IMG/VR virus record: IMGVR_UViG_3300021408_000140
Span: 1-40,879 of that record
Source: a virus
Lineage: Duplodnaviria; Caudoviricetes
Direction: 5' to 3' (one strand)
Length of the DNA stretch: 40,879 nucleotides
In this document: in pieces, positions 8,998-18,016 of the stretch
Numbering within the stretch: position 1 is the first letter of the stretch
Layout: each line of letters opens with the position of its first letter
The notes under the pieces: generated by a model
Told to the model about the DNA's origin: nothing
The model's input: the letters and a program-made list of their open reading frames with translations, nothing else
The model's database searches: none
Position numbers and translations under genes: made by a program

Positions 8998-10725
8998 TCA
9001 CCACGCCTGCTTCTGCGCGCCGCCCACGGTACCCTCGGGCACGGTCGACGGCTTCTCGCCAGTCGCGGACTTCTCGAGGCCGCGTCGGCCCTCGAGGATG
9101 CCTTGCTTGAGTGCCGAGAGCTTGGCGTGGTTTCCGAGTACCGAGCTCGGGTTGCCAATCATCTCGTCGATGAGCTCCTGCGTCCCCTTGTCGAGCGCCC
9201 CGAACTTGTAGAGCTGGTTTACCTGCCCAACGAGAACCTTCCCGTAGGTGTCGAGCTCCTTCGCGTCCTTCGTCTGCGGTACACCCGGGAGACCGGTTGC
9301 GAGACGACCTGTCCAGCCAAGCCGGTTACTGAGCGTGTCCATTTTGTCGATCGTATCGATCGCTCCCTGACCGCTCGCCTGTTGCTCTCGATGCTTGACC
9401 GCCTCTTCCTTCGTGCGCGCGTAGTACCCCTTCCCCGTCGAGCTCGTCGGGACGTAGCGCTCTTCCAGGTCGCTCTTCGCCTTCGGGTCACCCTTCGCGG
9501 CCGCGGTCTGCGCAGCGACGTCGCCCTCGACCTTGGTCTGCGCCGCCCTGAGGACCGGCTCCACCTCCGTCTTAATCGCGTACGCCTGCGCCTCCTTCTC
9601 GGAGAACGTCCCCGGCATCCCGGGGATGGTGAAGCGTCTGCCCGCGCTCTGCGCCTGGACGTACTTGAATCCGGCGGCCTTCGTTTTGAGACTCTCGGCT
9701 TCGAGTGCCGCCTGGAGCTCCTCTGACTTGTTCTGGCTCTCGACGCCCTTCCACGAAGCGCCGAGTCCCTTGATTCGCATCTGCGTTGCGTCGAGTGCCG
9801 CGGCGCGCGTCGAAGCGACGGCCGCGTCCTCTGAGCCGTACTTCTCGAGCATCATCTTGTAGACGGTCTCTTTGCCCTTCGCGTGCTGAAGCCCGGACTC
9901 GTAGTCGAACTTCTGCGCAGCAACGTCCGCATCGATCTGATCGGAGATGCTCTTGCCGATGGCGCCGCCGGACTGGCCCCCGAAGAGGCCGCCAAGGAAC
10001 GCGAGTGCCGTCGTTCCGATCTTGTCGCCCGTCGACTTGTTGCCCCACCAACGGCTGGAGTCGACCTTCATCGACGCCGCCCTGTCGATGGCCGCGTTGT
10101 ACTCCCCAAGCTGCGCTTGCATCTCCTGCGAGCGCTTCGCCGCCTGAGCCTCGGCAGCGTCCGCGCGATGCTGCGCCCGCTCCGCCTCCTGCTGGTAGAG
10201 GAGGTGCTCGTCGACGACGGCTCCCTGATTGCGCTCGTTCGCACGTCCCGCGGCCTCGGCCTGCGGCTTGAACGACCGCTCAAGGAGCTCCTCTTGCTTC
10301 GGTCCTCTCGTCACGACCTCGTGCGCAGGAGTGACGCCTCCGCCGCTCACCATCTGCGGCGTCCCGAACGGGCTTGGCGGAAGTCCGTCAGGAGACGGGA
10401 CGACCGCCGGCGGAGCCGCGACGGCAACGGGCTGCGCCGGAGGACCGCCCGCGGGCGTTGCCACCGGCCCAGCTCCTGGCGAGGGCGCCGGCGCGGGCTG
10501 GGGGACAACGACCATCTGAGGCAGCGGCGCCGCTTGCTGCATCGGTACCGACGTGCCGGCGGGGAGCGAGGGCGCGGCCTGTACCCCTTGCTGCGTGAGC
10601 ACCGGCTCGCCCTGCGACAGCCACGCGGCGGACGGGCCGGGGCCGGTTTGCGCCGGAGGACCCGGGGCGGGCTGAAGCCAGCTCGGATCGATGCCAGAGA
10701 GCCACTGATCAGACGGTCCGGCCAT
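8998..10725 (-). CDS. Internal virion/ejection protein (575 aa), Pro-rich N-terminus
   Basis: Position in the gene order; coiled coil plus a hydrophobic Gly-rich segment. Confidence 0.6.
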   Translation of the reverse strand: MAGPSDQWLSGIDPSWLQPAPGPPAQTGPGPSAAWLSQGEPVLTQQGVQAAPSLPAGTSVPMQQAAPLPQMVVVPQPAPAPSPGAGPVATPAGGPPAQPVAVAAPPAVVPSPDGLPPSPFGTPQMVSGGGVTPAHEVVTRGPKQEELLERSFKPQAEAAGRANERNQGAVVDEHLLYQQEAERAQHRADAAEAQAAKRSQEMQAQLGEYNAAIDRAASMKVDSSRWWGNKSTGDKIGTTALAFLGGLFGGQSGGAIGKSISDQIDADVAAQKFDYESGLQHAKGKETVYKMMLEKYGSEDAAVASTRAAALDATQMRIKGLGASWKGVESQNKSEELQAALEAESLKTKAAGFKYVQAQSAGRRFTIPGMPGTFSEKEAQAYAIKTEVEPVLRAAQTKVEGDVAAQTAAAKGDPKAKSDLEERYVPTSSTGKGYYARTKEEAVKHREQQASGQGAIDTIDKMDTLSNRLGWTGRLATGLPGVPQTKDAKELDTYGKVLVGQVNQLYKFGALDKGTQELIDEMIGNPSSVLGNHAKLSALKQGILEGRRGLEKSATGEKPSTVPEGTVGGAQKQAW

Positions 10726-12461
10726 TACGCTGCGCGCTCCTTCTTCTTGCCGCCCTTGCCGAGCGCGACACGGAGCTCGTCTTGTTGCCGCTGATTCTCA
10801 GCGACGCCCGCGAGCGCGAGCTTCAAGGCCTTGTCGCGGTCGATGGCCAGCATTCCGTTCGGGCTCTGCTTGACCGCCGTGGCGCTCACGGGATTGCTCG
10901 CCAGGTTCTGAGCCATCGGTCCGACGTTCGGCTCACCCGGCTGCTGCTCAGGAGGCCTGAACTGCTCCTTGTACGCGTACGGGCTGCCCACCATGGCGCG
11001 GTTCGACTCGGCCACCGGATTGGCGCTCGGCGGAAGCGCGTGCACCTTCGCGCGCTCGTCGCTCCTGATGCCGTAGCCACCGAAGGACGCAGGGTCCGTC
11101 CCACTCGACTGCGGCTGCCCCTTGCCCTGCTGCGAGTAGGCGTTTGCCATCTGCATGTACATGTTCATCTGCGCGTTGTCGGCGTCCTCGTCGTCTTGCT
11201 GGAAGCCGCCCTGAATCTTCGCCATCTCGCCGCGGTTGCTTTGCGTCATCGCATCGGAGTTTCGAGCCTGCGTGAACGAAGGAGACCGAGTCGAGAACGC
11301 TTGCTGCCCGCCCGGCTCCGACTTGACGCCGTAATTCGACTGGAGACCGAGCGCTCCCTGATTCTGGTACGCCTCAGGCGCGCTCTGTTGTCCGCCCTGC
11401 GCGAGCGCCACGGGTTGCTTCGCGTTCATGTCCGACGCTGCCGCTCCGGCTCCCGCAGCGGCACCCGCTCCGCCACCGAAGTAGCTCATCACGAGCGGCA
11501 TCATCGAAGACATCATGTCGCTACCGCCGCCCCCTCCTCCTCCGGCGCCTCCTCCGGTGAGATTGAAGCCGCCCCCGATCTGTTCCTTCGCGTTCACGTC
11601 GGACATGAACAGCGGCTGCTTCGCACTCGCGTCGCTTGGAATGATCTTGTCGACCCACTTCGACTCTTGATTTGCGTTCGCCTGCGCACGCTGAAGCTCC
11701 ATCTGCTCGTGCGCGGTGTGCGCCGCCTGCGATGCAATCTCCGCCTGCGTCCGGGCCTGCATCTCGCCCATCGTGGCCGTGACGCCCATGCCCTCGTAGC
11801 CAAGAGACGTCTTGTCGCCTGCCTCGCGGTTCTGCTGCTGCATGCCAGCCTGGAACTGCGCCTGGCCCCCGGAGAGCTGCTGCCCTCCGTAATCCTGCCC
11901 GCGCATCGCGCCGTAGGCCTGCGCCGCCCCCTGCTCGGCCGCAAGCCGCTCCTGCGCAGCGTTCACCTGCTCGCTCGTCCCAATTTGGGCCTGCCCCTGC
12001 GCCGTCGCTGCCGCACGCTGCTGCTGCGCGAGCGCGAGCCCCGCCGGGCCTCGGGCCGACGCCGCCGCGCTCGACTGCGCCTGAGCGAGCTGGGCGCGCT
12101 CCCGATCTGCAGACAGCTGAGCGACACTCGGCGCCGCCCCTTGCGCGCGCGCCATCATGAGATCGGCTGCCTGCGCCTGTCCCTGCCGCGCCTGGAGCGC
12201 ACGCGCGCGGTCGTCGTCCGCCTGCCCGTACTGCGCCTGATAAGCCTCGCGAGTCCGCGCGTCGGTGCCGAGGCCCGACAGATACTGCCGGTCTGCGTTG
12301 AGGCCGCCCTCGCTCCCGCCGTAGCGCGAGGCATTCTGGTCGCGCGTGTACGCCGTGGCCTCGCGTCGGTTCTTGCCCGCCCCCGAGGCGAGCGCGATGC
12401 CTCCGCCGATGGCGGCGCCGGCGGCAATGGCTGCGGGAACGATTAAGAGCGGAGCGGGCAT
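10725..12461 (-). CDS. Pilot/ejection-like virion protein with C-terminal Peptidase_S74-like intramolecular chaperone domain
   Basis: Gln/Ala-rich body; C-terminal SDERAK...Y.YK...GPMAQNL...V..PNG.LAID...coiled coil. Confidence 0.68.
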   Translation of the reverse strand: MPAPLLIVPAAIAAGAAIGGGIALASGAGKNRREATAYTRDQNASRYGGSEGGLNADRQYLSGLGTDARTREAYQAQYGQADDDRARALQARQGQAQAADLMMARAQGAAPSVAQLSADRERAQLAQAQSSAAASARGPAGLALAQQQRAAATAQGQAQIGTSEQVNAAQERLAAEQGAAQAYGAMRGQDYGGQQLSGGQAQFQAGMQQQNREAGDKTSLGYEGMGVTATMGEMQARTQAEIASQAAHTAHEQMELQRAQANANQESKWVDKIIPSDASAKQPLFMSDVNAKEQIGGGFNLTGGGAGGGGGGGSDMMSSMMPLVMSYFGGGAGAAAGAGAAASDMNAKQPVALAQGGQQSAPEAYQNQGALGLQSNYGVKSEPGGQQAFSTRSPSFTQARNSDAMTQSNRGEMAKIQGGFQQDDEDADNAQMNMYMQMANAYSQQGKGQPQSSGTDPASFGGYGIRSDERAKVHALPPSANPVAESNRAMVGSPYAYKEQFRPPEQQPGEPNVGPMAQNLASNPVSATAVKQSPNGMLAIDRDKALKLALAGVAENQRQQDELRVALGKGGKKKERAA

Positions 12462-12464
12462 CGG

Positions 12465-12731
12465 TCATCCTCCCATCGGTGTGCCGTACACCTCGAGATG
12501 CAGGCGTCCGCACGCGTCCACGTTACGCCTGTACCACTCTGACATCTCGAGCGCCGGCGGGCACATCGCGTCCACGCGGCACGCCGTCGGCCGCTTGTCG
12601 TAGATGCTGCACCGGTTGTCGTCGGTCAAGTGCCGGCAGATGCCGTCGCCGCGGTCGAGATGGGCCGTCTCCGGAGCTCGGGCGACCAAGCGACAGCACG
12701 CTCCGCAACCGACACACGGGAACGCGCTCAT
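12465..12731 (-). CDS. YkgJ-family cysteine-cluster (CxxCxxCC) protein
   Basis: FPCVGCGACCR...GICRHL...NRCSIYDKRPTACR; ATGA coupling. Confidence 0.85.
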   Translation of the reverse strand: MSAFPCVGCGACCRLVARAPETAHLDRGDGICRHLTDDNRCSIYDKRPTACRVDAMCPPALEMSEWYRRNVDACGRLHLEVYGTPMGG

Positions 12732-15700
12732 GCCGCGACTCCGCGTTGCGCTGCTGTCGTCCGCTTCGGACCGCGCTGCGGCTCGCCGCTCAGCGTGAGC
12801 GCTACCCACGTTGCGCCCTTGCCGCTGCCGACGGGGGCGTCGACCGGCTCGGCGTCGGAGAGCCTGATGCGAATCGCCTGACCGCGCGCCTGAATGATCT
12901 CTCTATCGATCCACTGCCTCGTCAGCGCCCCAAGCTGCGCCGCCGTCCACGTCTTCGACTCCGCCGCGCCGCCCTCGTTGTAGTCATGGATCACATCCAT
13001 CGTGAACTCGTGATCCGTGTGCTGGTCTGCGAGGCAGAGCACACGGTCGAGGAGCTGTTCTCCCTGCAGGCCTGCGATGTGAATCCACCCGGTGCGCGCG
13101 CGCTGCGTCACCCAGTTCGTCACGTCCCGGTGTCCCTGGTGGTCTTCGACGTAGACGCGACCGTCGGGAGCTAGCCACGTGTATCGCCACGCTGCGCCCG
13201 ACCAGACGAGCGCCCCGTGGGCCGCGCGGGCATTGGCGTCGTCGTCCTCGCCCGTTCGCCGGTCGACGCTCTGCCAGATGCTCGCCTTCACGTCGAAGAC
13301 GAGCGTGCGCCCGTCACCGGTCGGGAGTCCGGTACCCGCCTCGCGCTGCGAACACTCAATGAGCAGACACGAGCTCGACGGGTCGAACGTCATCGACGTC
13401 ACGACCGGGAATGTTGCAAAGGTCTCCTGCACCGACTCGCCGACCCACTCGACCTGCTGCGAGCGCGTAAGGAGCTCGATGCCGCGCTCTGAGACGAACC
13501 AGACGCCCTTGGAAGTCACGCACGTCACGTGCTGCGCCGCCCCGAGGTCGGTAGCGAGACGCCGCGGATTGCCGAGGCCGCCGACGGCGCCGTTGTCGCT
13601 TGGCGCTTCGCCGGTGAGTGCGTAGATAGCTCCGCGCTTGAACACGTAGAGCGTCCCGTCCTGCGCGGCGAGAGCCTGGACGCGACCGCCCTCGGGTACG
13701 GGGACCTGGAACGCATCGGCGAACCAGATGCCCTCGCCGGCGATGCGCTGTCCGCTCCACCATAGCGAGTAACCGTCCTCGGCGACGCCAACGACCATGT
13801 CCGCGTAGTTGATGGCGTGCGTGAACGACGGCGGGCCGACACGGTCAAGCGCGGCGCCAAGCAGACCCGGTTGCGTGTAGAGCTCCCCCTCCTCGGCGTG
13901 CGCAGCCGTCGTGATTCCGTCCAGGTACTCGACCGTCTCACTCTCCGGGGCGTTCTCGAGGACCGCGAGCCGCTTGTACGTGCCGCCGTCGTCGGCTCGG
14001 TAGATGGCAATGCGGACCTTGCGACCGGGCGCATGTCGCGAGGTCAGCGCCAGCGTCGGCACGGTCACGCTGACCCATTTGCCAGCCGGGCTCATCGACA
14101 CCGGCGGCGACGGCGCCGACTGGTGAAGGTTGCCCGTCGCGTCCGTCCACTCGTAGACGGCGAGGTAATTTGCGATGGTGGGAGGCACCGATGCGACGAT
14201 CGCCGTCGCCAGCGCGTTGATGTACAGCGGCCGGTGAACGAAGTTCAGCTCGTACGTCGTATTCCCGTCGTATTCAGTCGTGCATCCCGACGAGAGAAGC
14301 GTGGAGCCCATCGAGTCCGCTTGCTGCCAGATGCGTGCGTCCGCGAAGTCGAATCGGGCGAGGTCCACGCCGCTCGAGATGCTCGTATCCCGCACCGACA
14401 CGAGCGCGCCGAGCTTGGTGAGCGAGAGCGCGCTCATTCGCTGACGTCCGGCGATGAGCACTGCGAGACGTGGCGCGACGACGGCCACCGGTCGGCTCGT
14501 CCCAGCCACGTTGCCATCCGTGATGTCGACCAGGTAGCTGTTCACCTCGCCCGAGGTCAGGAGGAACGTGTTCTCCCAGTCGAACGCGAGGATGTAGTCG
14601 CGACCGTCGACGCGGAACGGCTTGCCGACCGGATAGATCCGCCAGAACGTCGAAGCAAAACCCGGCGCACCGACGACCGCGCCTGCGACCGTCGAGAACT
14701 CGCGCGTACGGACGCTGAGAGCATTGGGGCCGAACGGCTCGTCGATGACCACGAGCTTGCCGGCTCCCGGTCCCGTCACGACGACACCGAACGGCCCGCC
14801 CTGAGCGGTTCCGTTCAGCGTGATGAGCGTCGCCGTGGTCGCGAGCGTAGCGGCGAGCGCATCGGCGTCGAGGCCGATAACCTTGGCAAGCGTGGCCTCG
14901 TTCCAGCCGACCCAAAGCGTGTCGGCGATCGAACCATCGACAGAGACGTACGACGGCGCCACGCTGCTCGTGTTGACGAGCACCGCATCCAGGGTCGCGA
15001 GCGCCGCGTTGTACGTGGCGACGGTGACGCGCGAGGTTGCTCCGTTCGTGTTGATGTAAGCGATCGCGAAGCGGTCCGCGAGGCTCTGCGTATCGATCTT
15101 CGGGTACGTCACGGCCCGGATGCCGTCCGGCTGCAGGCGCGTGAGCGCTCCGTTGCTGACGAGTGTGACGGGAGCCGTCCATCCGGCCGCGATGCCCGCG
15201 GGTGACGACGTGTCGAGCGTGCGACCCCAGACGATGGCGTCGGACTCCGCGTAGACGACAACGAGCGTCGCGCCGACGTTGACGAGAGAGACGTACGAGA
15301 TGCCCGCGGTCGCGAGCGTGTCGAGGAACCGGACAACGGAGAGCGTCGCCGCATCGTAGAGCGTGACGAGGATGGTCCACGAGGTCACCGCGGCGGGCGG
15401 ATCGGTCACGGGCAGTACGACGTCTGGTACCGCGACGGCCGAGGCGAGGTAGCCGCCGACGACGTGCGAGCTCATGAACGTGTCGTTGCCGTCGAGGTCG
15501 CGCGTCGTGAACGCGAGCGGATACCGCTCGGCCACGCACTCGGGCACCCGTCCCGCAGGCACGCTCCGGTCGAGCGTGGCGTTGTAGATGTCGAGCTCGT
15601 GCCCGTCGATGATGCCCGTCTGGAGCGCGTGAGGCACGAGCCGCTCGCCACGTGTGCGAGCGGCGCCGATGAGGCGGTCGCGCGTCTGAACGCCGAAGCC

Positions 15701-15835
15701 GAAGCGCTTGGTGACGCCGCCGCGCGCGTCCTGGCGCACGTTCTCGAGGGAGGTCCACCCGCCTTGCGGCACGTGCTCCACGCGCGAGGCCTCGTCGATG
15801 CCGCCGACGAAGGGGAGCTCGACGAGCGGCTCCAT
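12728..15835 (-). CDS. Tail nozzle/stabilisation protein (tail tubular B or P22 gp10-like), about 1035 aa
   Basis: Beta-rich; LWWS...G..LYVFK..AIY..G...GVWFVSERGI.LL.R propeller motifs; ATG at 15835 coupled to the upstream TGA. Confidence 0.65.
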   Translation of the reverse strand: MEPLVELPFVGGIDEASRVEHVPQGGWTSLENVRQDARGGVTKRFGFGVQTRDRLIGAARTRGERLVPHALQTGIIDGHELDIYNATLDRSVPAGRVPECVAERYPLAFTTRDLDGNDTFMSSHVVGGYLASAVAVPDVVLPVTDPPAAVTSWTILVTLYDAATLSVVRFLDTLATAGISYVSLVNVGATLVVVYAESDAIVWGRTLDTSSPAGIAAGWTAPVTLVSNGALTRLQPDGIRAVTYPKIDTQSLADRFAIAYINTNGATSRVTVATYNAALATLDAVLVNTSSVAPSYVSVDGSIADTLWVGWNEATLAKVIGLDADALAATLATTATLITLNGTAQGGPFGVVVTGPGAGKLVVIDEPFGPNALSVRTREFSTVAGAVVGAPGFASTFWRIYPVGKPFRVDGRDYILAFDWENTFLLTSGEVNSYLVDITDGNVAGTSRPVAVVAPRLAVLIAGRQRMSALSLTKLGALVSVRDTSISSGVDLARFDFADARIWQQADSMGSTLLSSGCTTEYDGNTTYELNFVHRPLYINALATAIVASVPPTIANYLAVYEWTDATGNLHQSAPSPPVSMSPAGKWVSVTVPTLALTSRHAPGRKVRIAIYRADDGGTYKRLAVLENAPESETVEYLDGITTAAHAEEGELYTQPGLLGAALDRVGPPSFTHAINYADMVVGVAEDGYSLWWSGQRIAGEGIWFADAFQVPVPEGGRVQALAAQDGTLYVFKRGAIYALTGEAPSDNGAVGGLGNPRRLATDLGAAQHVTCVTSKGVWFVSERGIELLTRSQQVEWVGESVQETFATFPVVTSMTFDPSSSCLLIECSQREAGTGLPTGDGRTLVFDVKASIWQSVDRRTGEDDDANARAAHGALVWSGAAWRYTWLAPDGRVYVEDHQGHRDVTNWVTQRARTGWIHIAGLQGEQLLDRVLCLADQHTDHEFTMDVIHDYNEGGAAESKTWTAAQLGALTRQWIDREIIQARGQAIRIRLSDAEPVDAPVGSGKGATWVALTLSGEPQRGPKRTTAAQRGVAA

Positions 15836-16227
15836 CAACCGCTCGCCTCGACGCGCAAGGTTCCGACGCCCTCGGCGAGGCTCACGAGGACGAGCGTGTT
15901 CGCGTCGGTGTCCGAGTGCCGCGCCAGTGCAGCGGCCGTCGTCGCGCCGGAGCCCGTCCAGTCGACGACGAACCAGCGCACTCGGCCGCCGAGGCCGTGG
16001 CGGAAGCGGTGAGGAACGGTCCCCGAGTCGTCGAAGACGACATCTTCGAAGTCGATGCGTCGCGGCGCCCACACCTGCTTGAGCGTCGCGATGTCCTTCA
16101 TGATGCGCGTGAGCGTGCGCGAGAGAACGACCGGATCTGCGACGTCGAGGTCATCGATGGTCTCGGACGGCTCCACCTGCACGTCGAGCTTCTGGACCGC
16201 CCCGGCCTTGTTGAAATTGGCGCTCAC
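15835..16227 (-). CDS. Hypothetical virion protein
   Basis: GTG at 16227 (VSANFNK) with GTGA coupling; H.LG..V.W.VVD motif. Confidence 0.65.
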   Translation of the reverse strand: MSANFNKAGAVQKLDVQVEPSETIDDLDVADPVVLSRTLTRIMKDIATLKQVWAPRRIDFEDVVFDDSGTVPHRFRHGLGGRVRWFVVDWTGSGATTAAALARHSDTDANTLVLVSLAEGVGTLRVEASG

Positions 16228-16922
16228 CAGCGCCCCCACCGGCGTCGCCCGTAGCGGTCCGTCGCATGGCGCAGGTCGACGATGCGCGATGGCGCTGAGA
16301 GGTCGCGGGAGCGAGCCAGGATACGGATGTCCCCCTCGATGCCCGCGAGCTTCTGAATGAGCCTGTCGTGCCGCTCCCAGTCGCCGCGCTCGAGCGCGAT
16401 CTCTGCCGCGGCCCACCAGATGACGTAGTCGTCGAGCCGGTCGGGCACGTGGGCCGTCTGGATGTCGGCGGTGAGCTGCACCGCCTCGGTCGCGTACCAG
16501 AGGAGCGCCGTGTGATTGGCGACGGGGCGCGGGAGGAGCTCGATGTTGTCGCCGACGACGCGGTAGGCGCGCGCGCACGAGACGTCGTCGGTGGTTGGGT
16601 CGGAGAGCGCCGCGCGCTCGTGGAGCTCGAACGGCACGAGCCACACCTTGGCTGCCTGCTCCGGGGCGGCGTACTCGACAGAGAGCAGCGACCGGAAGTC
16701 TGTCGGCAGGGGGTAGAACGTGCTCGTCCCGTCCGTGGTGAGCGTCGTCGACGCGATCGGTTGGAACTCGGGATTCGTCGACCGACAGAGCCGCGAGAGT
16801 GCGCCGAAGCCACGGCAGACGAGATCGTTGATCGCCGCCGGCGGGTGCCGGTCGACGAAGGCGAGGACGTCCGCGACGCGCTGCACGGATTCGCGGAGCT
16901 CTGCGAGTGACCGTGACAGCAT
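16224..16922 (-). CDS. Head-tail adaptor (tail tubular A-like)
   Basis: L.ELR..V...AD, YPLPTDF, Y.V.GD.I.L.P.P motifs; position after the capsid genes. Confidence 0.65.
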   Translation of the reverse strand: MLSRSLAELRESVQRVADVLAFVDRHPPAAINDLVCRGFGALSRLCRSTNPEFQPIASTTLTTDGTSTFYPLPTDFRSLLSVEYAAPEQAAKVWLVPFELHERAALSDPTTDDVSCARAYRVVGDNIELLPRPVANHTALLWYATEAVQLTADIQTAHVPDRLDDYVIWWAAAEIALERGDWERHDRLIQKLAGIEGDIRILARSRDLSAPSRIVDLRHATDRYGRRRWGRW

Positions 16923-16928
16923 CGCGCG

Positions 16929-17135
16929 TTAGTCCTCCTCGTCGTATTCCTCGGCCTCGGCCTTCTTCACGCACGCCTTGACGGCGGAGGTGAATGCCTC
17001 GACGAAGCCGTCCTCGTCGTCGTCCTTCAGCGCCGCGTACGCTTCCTTCGCGTACGTGCGCTCGGCGTCGTCGTCGCCCTTGCCTTTCGGCTTGGACTTC
17101 GGGCCGCCGAGCGCGAGTAGGAGTGCCTTGGGCAT
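16929..17135 (-). CDS. Small acidic hypothetical protein
   Basis: TGATG-coupled ORF in the head module. Confidence 0.7.
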   Translation of the reverse strand: MPKALLLALGGPKSKPKGKGDDDAERTYAKEAYAALKDDDEDGFVEAFTSAVKACVKKAEAEEYDEED

Positions 17136-17530
17136 CAGATTGTCGTCACGTAGTCGTCGTTGAGGACGTTCTTCGAGACGCCGACCGACAGGTACAGCTC
17201 GTCACCGGTCGCCGGATCGGTGGCGACGCCCGCCTCGGTCCTCGTCTCGAAGACGAGGGTGCCGTCGGTTGTGATGTTGTTCGTCACGAGGACGAGGAAG
17301 AACTGCGCGCCGGTCGCGTCGCGGAAGCACGACGTGAGGCTCGTGACGCGACGGTACGTCTGCGGCAGCGTCAGCGTGAAGTTGCCCGCGCTGTTTCGGA
17401 CGAGGAGCAGATCCTTGCCGAAGTAGCTCACCAGCGCGGCGGCGCCGAACGCCACGACGAGGCGAAAGAGCTCCTCGTCGAAGACGTTCGACTTCGCGGC
17501 CGGACAGAGCGCCGGCTGATACGGGGGCAT
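17135..17530 (-). CDS. Hypothetical virion protein
   Basis: Coupled ORF; R..AG.FTLTL beta motif. Confidence 0.65.
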   Translation of the reverse strand: MPPYQPALCPAAKSNVFDEELFRLVVAFGAAALVSYFGKDLLLVRNSAGNFTLTLPQTYRRVTSLTSCFRDATGAQFFLVLVTNNITTDGTLVFETRTEAGVATDPATGDELYLSVGVSKNVLNDDYVTTI

Positions 17531-18003
17531 CAGACGTACTCCAGCGTCACGGTGAGGCGCCCGACCGGCGTGACGGGTGTGCTCGCTTCGGCGACGAGAA
17601 ACGTCAGAACGCTCCCCGCGGGGAAGTCGAGGTTTGCGCTCGTGGCCGAAAGCGTGAGCGGCTTCGGGACGAACGCGACGAGGGCGGAGCCGCCGACGGA
17701 GTTGGTCGTGTGCGTGGCGGCGATGGCTGCCGCGCCGCCCGCGCCGTCGCGCTTGCTCACGGTCGTCGTGGTGAAGGCCGTTCCGTCGACGGCGAGGCCC
17801 GTCGACGGCGTGAGCACGGCGCTCTTGAGGCGACAGGCCTTCTTGATGTGGATGCCGCGCTCCGTGACGGCCGCGTCGGCGTCCAGGGCGAAGACGAACG
17901 TCTCCTCGTGGATCTCGCCCACGGCCGTTTCGACGTTCGCCATCCCGGCGGCCGAGATGAACGTCCCCTTCTGCTGGTCTTTGATGATGTCGCGATCGCT
18001 CAT
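17530..18003 (-). CDS. Putative capsid decoration protein
   Basis: Immediately after the major capsid gene; AAAGGA RBS; beta-rich. Confidence 0.55.
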   Translation of the reverse strand: MSDRDIIKDQQKGTFISAAGMANVETAVGEIHEETFVFALDADAAVTERGIHIKKACRLKSAVLTPSTGLAVDGTAFTTTTVSKRDGAGGAAAIAATHTTNSVGGSALVAFVPKPLTLSATSANLDFPAGSVLTFLVAEASTPVTPVGRLTVTLEYV

Positions 18004-18016
18004 CGTCGTCGTCCTT

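Noticed and set aside
15836-16072. N-terminal extensions in the ORF track (also 30934..32100, 33609..34235, 37142, 38584, 40104)
   Set aside because: They overlap real upstream genes; downstream starts have an RBS or stop/start coupling
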